A stretch of DNA of 9,143 nucleotides from positions 1-9,143 of the forward strand of contig NW_002061154.1 of assembly GCF_000150275.1 (NCBI RefSeq). Reading direction: 5' to 3'. Every line of letters begins with the position of its first letter. Position 1 is the stretch's first letter. Under the pieces are notes generated by a model. The model was not told the origin of the DNA and did not search any database. It saw only the letters and a list, made by a program, of their open reading frames with translations. Positions 1 to 7,872 of the stretch are shown one piece after another. Origin of the DNA: Trichoplax adhaerens. Its lineage: Eukaryota; Animalia; Placozoa. A program made the position numbers and the translations under genes.

Positions 1-9
1 TTTGTTCGT

Positions 10-78
10 TTATGCAGCCGCCCAAGCACCAGCACCAGCAATCCAAAATATGACAAATATGACACTAATTACGAAATC
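10..78 (-). CDS. SYP: Synaptophysin-like coding exon 4 (TM3: DFVISVIFVIFWIAGAGAWAAA, then in-frame TAA at 12..10)
   Basis: Acceptor ccctag ends at 79; translation aligns with the physin TM3 motif DFxxxxxFxFxWxxxxxAWA. Confidence 0.85.
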   Translation of the reverse strand, partial: DFVISVIFVIFWIAGAGAWAAA

Positions 79-197
79 CTAGGGTATCAGCAATATAAGA
101 AAATAATGCGAATAAATATCAAATCGATATTAGTAAAGCTAAAATACGTAACAGGTAATTTTGAAATACTATGCTTCATGTACTGTAACATCCATAC

Positions 198-539
198 CAC
201 TTTAAAATATGGTTCTCTTTCTGGTGGATTAGCCGGGTCAATTTTAAAGACATAGATACCAAGAGATATTAGCGTATACAGGAAAGAAATAACGCCAACA
301 AAGACAAAAAATTGTACACTAGCAGAGATATTGCTGCCTAGCTCTACAAATTCTGTGCGATTACTACTGCTACCGCTGCTGTTACAGGCAGGTGAGGCAT
401 ACGTTAACGAACCAGAGGCGAATGGGTATGAGAACTTAAGGGTAGCAGTTTCGTTACGTACTGATCCTCCACAACTAATAGTTACTGCAGTCATTACTGA
501 GAACGAGGTGGCAGTTCCAAATGCCAGGATGGCTACAAA
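198..539 (-). CDS. SYP: Synaptophysin-like coding exon 3 (TM1, lumenal loop 1, TM2)
   Basis: 342 nt; acceptor ttcatag ends at 540, donor GTATGG at 197; contains two loop Cys, an NET sequon, YPF and QFFVFVGVISFLY; overlaps ORF 87..494. Confidence 0.92.
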
Positions 540-781
540 CTATGAATAATCCGCAGATAGAAAATTTAATAAATATAATTGTTTGATTACAAGCATTTAA
601 GCCTTAATTAATTAATAAATGAGCTTATCTTCCTTTGCATGTTTAACGAATAGCTTAGAAAACCTGCTGTATAGATGCATAGGCGTAACTTGGTGTAACA
701 AATTGCGTATCATATTATCCGCTATACTACTGCACTGTATGTTTAACTAGATAAGTTGTCTTTTACAGTACTCTTTCTTAC

Positions 782-850
782 CCATTGTATGATCCTCATG
801 AAACCTTTAGGTTCCTTAAGGACCCTTCCATTTCGCGCTGAATTCCTAAC
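782..850 (-). CDS. SYP: Synaptophysin-like coding exon 2 (VRNSARNGRVLKEPKGFMRIIQW)
   Basis: 69 nt; acceptor ttacag ends at 851, donor GTAAGA at 781; RVLKEPKGF..IQW resembles the physin N-terminal RVVKEPLGF..LQW motif. Confidence 0.9.
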
Positions 851-984
851 CTGTAATAATTGTGCAATGTACGTATGTATATGATACACGTATAATAATT
901 ATATTCATCGTAGTAATAAAAAATTTATTTTCGTAGATTGAATTTTGAATTGCTACAACGATAATCGCAATCACTATTATTACT

Positions 985-1188
985 AGTACTGTACAGTACA
1001 ATACACACTGGTTCCTACAGTGATGTGCGCGCGCGTACGGTACGATACATACTGTACTGTACACTGTACAGTTCAGTAGTGTTAAACAGATGAAAGGCAG
1101 GGTTATGAGAAATCTCAACGCACAGAGCATGTACTGTACTGTACTGTACACTGTTTAGTCAGTTCGGTACTGTACAGTACTGTACTGT
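985..1188. repeat. Interrupted (ACTGT/ACAGT)n pentamer array inside a synaptophysin intron
   Basis: Many TACTG/CAGTA units in both orientations, separated by short unique islands. Confidence 0.8.
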
Positions 1189-2284
1189 TCTAAAGAATTT
1201 TCGCAAATTAGTTGACTGAGCTTCAACCAAAAACTTTACTGCATGCATTGGATCACCAATATTTATTTATTTAATAATCTATGGCACAACTGCATTACTG
1301 TAGAGGTAAAATGAGTCACTGTATTGCTACGAAAGGATTTCACGTTTATCTAGAGAATACAGTAGATGCAGTTTGCGCCTATTTTATGTAATTTTATTAC
1401 ACTACTCATCATATAAAGGAATGAGTCTTACAAATAAATTAATATTTAATAGTCCCTATTGAGTAGTGAAGCTACCAACCATCATGCTATTATCATCTTC
1501 CGCCAGAGCATCGACGACATCATCCTTTTTATTATTAATACTAGTAAATCCCTCGCTCGTTATACTTCGCGTAGTTTTAGTAATCCATAGCAGCTCTACA
1601 GTAGACTATATACTGTATACGGTATTCATTTATAATTTAGAATACACTTAACATCTCATGCGCTAACAAAACTAGGAAATTCGGTAAAGTTGCCATTGAT
1701 ATTAATGTACGAGTAGCGAAGCTTAGACTAGTGACTGCTAGGTAAATAATCTCAATTGAACAAATCATTAATTTTCCCTAATTTAAATACTGATTATGCT
1801 GTTTATACAGTCAATAAGTAGCCAAAATTATACAAAACATGTCAAGAAGTTACTAATTCGGTTGCATTAGGTAAATTTTTATTTTTCGGATTTGACAGTG
1901 AGTAATGTTTAAACTACACTACAGTATACAGTACAGTACTGTGATAGTATTTAAATATCTTGTTTCTGATTAGATACTACTGAGGATCAATTCGATTTAT
2001 ATAACTAAAGCTTTTGGGGAATATGCATACGATTACCTCTAACTTTTGGAAGTCAAAGAAAACTGACATCGAATAAATCATAATGGTCAAAAAGTTTAAG
2101 AATGTGTGCGCTTACGCTGTACACTGTACAGTACATTAAGGTGCTGCTAGCTAGAAGTCATAAAAGCATGTACTGTACGATTAAATCAGTTTACTGTTAA
2201 TCAAACCTCTGACAGGTCTAGGTTAGGTTAAAGAAAATCATAAAATGCGGTATAAAATCATGAGAATTTCTAGAAAGTACTTAC

Positions 2285-2293
2285 AACGTCCAT
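2285..2293 (-). CDS. SYP: Synaptophysin-like start-codon segment (ATG GAC GTT = MDV) in a 39-nt exon, 2323..2285
   Basis: Context acgATGg (A at -3, G at +4); perfect GTAAGT donor at 2284; acceptor tttttctag ends at 2324; a phase-0 join gives MDVVRN.., like the MDVVNQ.. segment of vertebrate synaptophysin. Confidence 0.75.
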
Positions 2294-2438
2294 CGTTCGA
2301 TATTGCTCTGGTTTGTCGCTACTCTAGAAAAAGCAGATCTACTATTTTGTAAATTGCAAGTATTCAGTACTGTACACTATATTCGAGTGATTGATTAAAA
2401 TCAAAGCAGACTTTTTCATAGTCAAACGCGCCACTCAC

Positions 2439-2505
2439 CAACGGAACCTGTGATGAACTATCTGCCTGCTATTGGCCAATGGTAGAGATCGTCAGCATGA
2501 TCATA
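2439..2505 (-). other. Putative non-coding first exon of the synaptophysin-like gene (5' boundary approximate)
   Basis: GTGAGT donor at 2438, 115 nt from the acceptor at 2324; lies directly downstream of pentamer array 2508-2589; contains the palindrome ATTGGCCAAT (2471-2480). Confidence 0.45.
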
Positions 2506-2507
2506 AT

Positions 2508-2589
2508 GTACTGTACTGTAGACCTGTACTGTACAAGTGTACAACTGTACTGTACTGTACAGTACAGTACGTACTGTACAGTACAGTAC
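2508..2589. repeat. (ACTGT/ACAGT)n pentamer array
   Basis: Dense units with a 24-bp palindrome GTACTGTACTGTACAGTACAGTAC at 2547-2570. Confidence 0.9.
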
Positions 2590-2715
2590 CTTCAAAAAGA
2601 CAATTTTTAAAAATAGCACATTACAGCATTAAAAAAAAAAACAATTAATTAAGGGTATAGCATATTATAATAGACCTTTAATTTACTACAGTAGTGTAAC
2701 CATGATGTAATTTAC

Positions 2716-2783
2716 CTGTGTCGATACTGTTTTAGATACAATAAACAACTATGAAGATCTTCATGCAGCAGCCTCTTCTAAAT
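2716..2783 (-). other. Putative internal 5'UTR exon of the synaptophysin-like gene
   Basis: Tandem tttag acceptors (ending 2784 and 2778) and a CAG|GTAAAT donor at 2715; has a stop in the main frame and a short uORF, MKIFIVVYCI*. Confidence 0.35.
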
Positions 2784-3459
2784 CTAAATAATTATAGTAC
2801 AAGCATTATATATTATAAATGTAGGTTGATTTTTTCTTTTATTTCCTATTGCATTAAGACGCCTATTTTCTATATACAGTACTGTTAGTCGCAAAGGCGG
2901 TTTTCGATTAAAGCATGCCTATATGCATATATATTATAAGCGCATTTAATGATAACTATAACTTTTGGCTATTATAGAGTCAGTATGAAATTGTCTAGAG
3001 GTTTTGAACACCTAAAATCAAAAGTTAGTTACTAATAAGATCCTATCAAGATATTACTACTACTCATTGCGCACAGCAAAGTTTCTCCTGGTGAGCTAGA
3101 AGTACTGCTCATCATAATTAATTATAACTAATGCAAGTATGCAACTGCTACATGCAGATATAGTACTAGTTAAGGTGACCGAGGTCCGGCTCAGAAACAG
3201 TGTTAGCTGGCAGTGGGTTATAATATAACCCCGGTCAAATAACCCAGGAATTTAGTACAAAAGTACAACCCAAGTCAACAATCAGAAATCACCAATAACC
3301 CCGTTTTCTATAGTGTATTACTATCTAGAGTTAATACTAACAACGGTATTGAAAGTTCGTACTACAGTACTCTCACTTAGCATGGAAACAAGAAATTGAA
3401 CACGTAGTTGCAGTTATTGTAAAACTAAATACTGTACTAACCCTTACTCTCTATTTATT

Positions 3460-4237
3460 GTACTGTACTGTACAGTACAGTACTGTAGACTGATGCATGA
3501 ATCTTGAGCCTGAGTCGATCGTAGCTCTAAGCCGCCTCAAAGCTGTAAAAGTACAGTACAGTACAATACAGTACAGTACTGTACAAGTGCACCACAGAAT
3601 TCTTGATACACACTTCTCTGCTGATGTACTGTAGTCTGTAGGTACGCTATACGCTGTACTATACAGTATACAGTACAGTAGAGTCCTTAAAATGGGGGTA
3701 AAAACGCAACCCGAATCAGATAAAATCCGATCAAATGGTTGATTTTCTAATCCGAAATGAGTGCAATCGCTATACAAACACTGTAATCTACGGTACAGTA
3801 CTGTACAGTACGTACACTAATGAATCTACTGTTACACAAACTTGCAATTACTGTACAGTACAATGTACATTGCGTTATAAGTATGAACGGCGCACCGCCC
3901 GTAAGCCGCCGTTTTTCAATACAGTACTGTACTGTACAGTAGTACTGTACCGTACACTGTACTGTACTGTACTGTACTGTACTGTACTGTACTGTACAAT
4001 AGTTCAACCACATTGAAACTTCTACTGTACTGTACTGTACAGTGTACACTGTACAGTACTGCTTCTCGTTCTCAATAGGGCTACACTGTACTGTACTGTA
4101 GTCCAGATTTATTTAAATAAATTACAGTGCTGTACAGTACTGTACAGTACAGTACAGTACAGTGCAGTGCAGTACTTACAGTGTACAGTAATACTGTACA
4201 TAAGGTTTATCATTATACTGTACAGTACAGTACTGTA
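3460..4237. repeat. Large interrupted (ACTGT/ACAGT)n array in the divergent SYP/PEX26 intergenic region (probable bidirectional promoter)
   Basis: Includes pure (ACTGT)8 at 3956-3995, a 24-bp palindrome at 3460-3483 and GC-rich islands at about 3500-3540, 3680-3770 and 3885-3915. Confidence 0.9.
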
Positions 4238-4338
4238 ATCTCTATGGTGGATATGAGTCGACAAGGATGATATCTCCACGATAGGCAAAGGATATTTTTA
4301 TTTAGCTGTAGGTTAATAGTATCGCGTTGCCATCTAGC

Positions 4339-4472
4339 ATGATAGGGTTACGCCGGCTTAATGAAGCTAAAAGTTACCTTGTCCTTCAAGAATTTGCCAA
4401 ATGTCTAGAAGAATGTCGTGATGGTTTACTTGAATGTAACGTTTCTAACAATCTCAGCTCGGAAGCGAAAAG
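4339..4472 (+). CDS. PEX26: PEX26-like exon 1 (MIGLRRLNEAKSYLVLQEFAKCLEECRDGLLECNVSNNLSSEAK)
   Basis: ATG at 4339; AAG|GTTTAT donor at 4473, phase 2. The frame is open back to an AG at 4311, so the true start may lie upstream. Confidence 0.8.
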
Positions 4473-4681
4473 GTTTATTATAAATCCATAAACTACTCGA
4501 TAGTCGTTATTGATAGAACATTTTCTCTTGTGAAATTTGCATTGTAGTACTAAACTCATGTTTTATTACATGTGTTGCACTTAATGCTGTATATAAGTTG
4601 TGGATATACAGCATACTATATTTATGGCTTTCTTTATAGCTTCAACATGTCCTGAGAATATCTATTTGCATTATTATTTAG

Positions 4682-4813
4682 AATTAAAGAAGGCCTATGT
4701 ATGATATCGATTCAAGCTTATGCAGAACTCAATCAGTGGCAGCTAGTTGTTCCTTTCGTGAAAGAGCAATACAGTGATTTCTATCATCTCCCTAGGAAGT
4801 TAATACTAGTTTG
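4682..4813 (+). CDS. PEX26: PEX26-like exon 2 (IKEGLCMISIQAYAELNQWQLVVPFVKEQYSDFYHLPRKLILV)
   Basis: tttag acceptor at 4681, GTAATT donor at 4814; carries the PEX26 signature IQAxAExxxW. Confidence 0.92.
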
Positions 4814-4926
4814 GTAATTTTTCTATTTAGAATAGTACAATATACAGTATATGCATTTTAATAATCACGATACAGATCAATAGATATATAGTAATAAAAA
4901 AAAATACGTTTATTTCTCCTTTAAAG

Positions 4927-5140
4927 CGCCTCGTTATTTATTATGATCAATAATTTTGAACTTGCTCAAATTATGATCGAAGACTGGTTAAACTATTCTG
5001 ATAATAAAGATAATCTTTCCGATTATCAAACGGTTGTGGATAACTATATTATCAACGTTTTAATGCCTACACGACAGTTCCGGAAGTTACGCCAATTCAT
5101 TAAGGACAACGAAGCCTTTCTAGATCGCAATCGCGTAGAG
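4927..5140 (+). CDS. PEX26: PEX26-like exon 3
   Basis: Acceptor ctcctttaaag at 4926, GAG|GTAAAG donor at 5141; overlaps ORF 4943..5188. Confidence 0.9.
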
Positions 5141-5337
5141 GTAAAGTGTGCTGCAACTTGTTGGTTTTTGCATAATGAATCGTTCTAGTAATTGACACAA
5201 CCTAAGATTAGTTTGTTAGTAGAAAAGCCTTGGTAAAATTAAAGTGATTCTAGAAAATTTTAGATATTGCACATAATTTCCATTGCAATATTGCTTTGGT
5301 TTAGAATATATACTGAATATTTGTATATATTAAATAG

Positions 5338-5403
5338 GGCTACGTAGAGACAGCAAAGAGAGCAATAAGTGAAAGTGAAACAACGGATTGTAAATATGAA
5401 GAC
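5338..5403 (+). CDS. PEX26: PEX26-like exon 4 (GYVETAKRAISESETTDCKYED)
   Basis: aaatag acceptor at 5337; phase-0 GTCAGT donor at 5404. Confidence 0.7.
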
Positions 5404-5512
5404 GTCAGTAACTACATTTAAGTATTTTATTTTCTAGATATTAAAAATCTGGAGAGTTCTACATCGAATGTTGGTTTGAGACATTTTGACTAACTCACTC
5501 AATTTATTACAG

Positions 5513-5564
5513 TTTCGCGATGATGCTCCAATCAATGATGAGATTGTAAATTACCCTTCTACTG
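5513..5564 (+). CDS. PEX26: PEX26-like exon 5 (FRDDAPINDEIVNYPST)
   Basis: Branch point GACTAAC at 5488-5494, ttacag acceptor at 5512, GTAATT donor at 5565; only the phase-0 frame is open. Confidence 0.72.
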
Positions 5565-5726
5565 GTAATTAGATATATAAGAAGAGATTTTTGTAATGTG
5601 TTGATTAGCTAGGTTATGATTCCAATTAAATTGATTTATGATACAAGAAGTTAATCCTCGTATCATCATCATAACAATGTTGATTTTTAATTTACTTTGG
5701 TTATGTACTATTCTATTTCATTACAG

Positions 5727-5873
5727 GTAAGTTTCGGGATTTCTTAAGGATTTTTCGGGGCTCTTCTATGCTGTTATGGAAATGCCTTAGCAATATTGGC
5801 AGTACCAGTATGACTAGCAAAGTGTTATGGCTTCTTGTAGTGGCTTTTTTTGTTCGTACACGATATACAGGCT
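5727..5873 (+). CDS. PEX26: PEX26-like exon 6, transmembrane-anchor exon (147 nt, phase 1-1)
   Basis: ttacag acceptor at 5726, GTAAGT donor at 5874; encodes KFRDFLRIFRG...KVLWLLVVAFFVRTRYTG. Confidence 0.8.
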
Positions 5874-5941
5874 GTAAGTACGATGCGATACTAAATTTGC
5901 AATATATTTAAGGATGATATAGCAATTTTCATTTTATTTAG

Positions 5942-5976
5942 TTACGATGGCTTCTGTTATCTTCAAATATCTTTAA
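5942..5976 (+). CDS. PEX26: PEX26-like terminal exon (FTMASVIFKYL*)
   Basis: Polypyrimidine tract and tttag acceptor at 5941 after a 68-nt intron; TAA at 5974-5976. Confidence 0.7.
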
Positions 5977-7548
5977 AAGTAAAGTTACAGATTAAGTTAG
6001 TTGATTTAGTGTGATTGATTCCATCTGGAATAAGAGAATGTGATGTTATAAATTAAGGCAGTGTAGTCCTGATAAAGAAATATGATCCAAACTGTCTGTT
6101 CTTTCGGTTAAATAGGGTCTTTTACAAATTCGTTGTTAATTGAATTACTTCAAAAGATTCTGTACTCCATATACCATATATTCCGGAAATAGAATCCACA
6201 CCGTAAAGTATACATGCACAATGATAGACAGAATGTCTGTATCATTCTTGAACTGCTATCAGAGGGAACATAGATAACTATCTAGAATTTACCCTTGTTT
6301 AAGATTTACGATCTTACAATTTTCTTCATTTTCTTTATCTGTGAAATGTTTTTATAAATTAAACTGTAATTATAGAATAGCAAGAGAACTGAAGCTGCTA
6401 AAATTTTATTTTACAAAATCCGCATAGCGCGAATATCAATAATTTCGTTCATGATTGGCAATATTATCTGACTCCAAAATTTTCGACACAACATGAATAT
6501 ACAGTATTACTTATAGGCATTAACCATACTGCATATTGTATAAGGAACTATTTTAATTTTGCTATAACCGATTTGTACAAAGATGTATGCTACGTTCAGA
6601 AATGATTTTCTGCAACAATTTCAGATTTAAGTACATAGAGTTGCAAGTTTGTTTGAATTAGGTATTAATGCAAGATGTTTTCAGGAAACACAATTGAACT
6701 GCTCTGTAAAAAATAAAATAATGAAATAGCTGAAGAAAAATCACTTTACTGTATTTTATTCGTACAGTATATTGTTCCTTCATTTCCTTTTTAAGATTGA
6801 CAACTATCAATTCACTTGTGGAGTTGAAGGGCCTAGAATGGTGGTTTAGTACTGTATGTACTGTGCTTGTACTGTAATCACACCCTCCCACCCTTGAAAT
6901 GGGCAGCGCGGGGGTATTTATACTAATGTTAAATGACTCTGATTATGGGTTCATTTCAATAGGTCAGTATAAGATTCTTACAGTACTGTACTTTTAACCT
7001 AAAGATTTCTTCATGTAAAACGAATAGCTCTAAGGTAGTAATTTCTGCAGAGTACTGATTATTAAAATAGTATTCGTTATATCGCTAAGGGTGGCTACTG
7101 GGCCTTTAAATTTTGATTTCATGTAATATTCTGATGAAAATTGAATAAACATAGAATCTTTATAGAGTTTTCTACACAGCCATTTTGATTGTTACATTTT
7201 CTTATAACGGTTGTTATCGACAGAGCAAGCTTTGCTTGCATACGACAGCGATCCTTAGACACATTATAATGATTGGTATAGAATTGACCACAGTACTAAG
7301 GACATTCTACCGCACTGTAGATATCTTTACAGTACCTGCTAATCTTAACTTGGTACTGTATGTCCATCACCGTACATTAATTATCATAATGTGCTCTAGA
7401 CCATTAACTAATCTTAATATAGTATAGTATATTACTATTACTGGGATATATATAATATCGAATGATAATACTATCTGTTAATTTTATTAACAAATTGACC
7501 ATAAACGTATATTTGACAGTTTCGCTTACCAACCTTAACATAGCATTA

Positions 7549-7871
7549 ATACCGTATATAGTAACCATCCTTATTCAGTAAACATACTAATACGAAAGTT
7601 ACTTAACGAAATTTGAATTGGTATAGAAATGAATGATCTGTAGGGTTTATGTAAATATTATTGAGAAGGTAGAAGTGATTGATACACATCAGTGGGTACT
7701 ATTAGTTCTATCTATTGCTCTCTTGCAATTCGTAGTGTTATCCTACTGTAGTTCCCCTGTCCCGATTACTTTTGATTGCTATACTGTATATAGTAACTAT
7801 CCTTATTCGGTAAACATACTAATACGAAAGTTACTTAACGAAATTTGAATTGGTATAGAAATGAATGATCT
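7549..7871. repeat. 91-nt direct repeat pair (7549-7639 and 7781-7871) with a 141-nt spacer
   Basis: The copies differ at 3 of 91 positions, all transitions; offset 232 nt. Confidence 0.95.
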
Positions 7872-7872
7872 C

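Larger units (their letters stand above)
1..2293 (-). other. SYP: Synaptophysin/synaptoporin-family gene span (MARVEL-domain vesicle membrane protein); 3' end at or beyond the window edge
   Basis: Spliced product MDV|VRNSARNGRVLKEPKGFMRIIQW|FVAILAFGTATSFSVMTAVTISCGG...KFSYPF...SPAC...SASVQFFVFVGVISFLY...PYFKV|DFVISVIFVIFWIAGAGAWAAA matches physin hallmarks (KEPxGF, loop-1 Cys pair, YPF, FFV..FLY, DF..W..AWA). All three introns are GT-AG, phase 0. Confidence 0.9.
4339..5976 (+). other. PEX26: PEX26-like peroxisomal biogenesis factor gene span, 7 coding exons, 780 nt, 259 aa, tail-anchored
   Basis: Assembled protein contains LNEAKSYLVLQEFAKCLEEC, IKEGLCMISIQAYAELNQWQLV, LPRKLILVCASLF, DWLNYSDN..Y...INVLMP and a C-terminal hydrophobic segment KVLWLLVVAFFVR, paralleling PEX26 motifs (SLCVVGIQALAEMDRWQEV, LPPKVLELC, WLQDPAN, VLLPLG). 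All introns are GT-AG and phases close to an open frame. Confidence 0.88.

Noticed and set aside
331-549. 72-aa plus-strand ORF with a signal-peptide-like start
   Set aside because: Antisense shadow of the synaptophysin exon; no independent support.
846-1151. 101-aa minus-strand ORF
   Set aside because: Y/C/T/V/L-rich translation of pentamer repeats and AT-rich intron.
2285-2783. Separate small protein KRLLHEDLHSCLLYLKQYRHRVATNQSNIERWT from joining two exons
   Set aside because: No start codon or convincing homology; the MDV frame explains the exon better.
2980-3115. Minus-strand C/D snoRNA candidate (ATGATGA ... CTGA)
   Set aside because: No terminal stem and no recognisable rRNA-complementary guide; such boxes occur by chance in AT-rich DNA.
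3437-3446. CTAACCCTTA telomerase-template-like or telomeric motif
   Set aside because: Single imperfect copy with no tandem array or supporting structure.
3886-3916. Rho-independent terminator-like hairpin plus T5
   Set aside because: Eukaryotic locus between divergent genes; better read as a promoter island.
3451-4049. Three overlapping ORFs with VLYCT/VQYST repeats
   Set aside because: Direct translation of (ACTGT)n, which has no stop codons; not a repeat protein.
3460-4237. CRISPR-like repeat/spacer appearance
   Set aside because: No fixed-length repeats or regular spacers, no cas genes, and a spliceosomal eukaryotic context.
5438-5469. Extra PEX26 micro-exon after ttttctag
   Set aside because: Would need unusually short flanking introns; a single 109-nt intron (5404-5512) with a branch point keeps frame.
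6658-7848. ORFs 6658..6891, 7185..7427 and 7633..7848
   Set aside because: Short, no recognisable motifs and no consistent splice framework.
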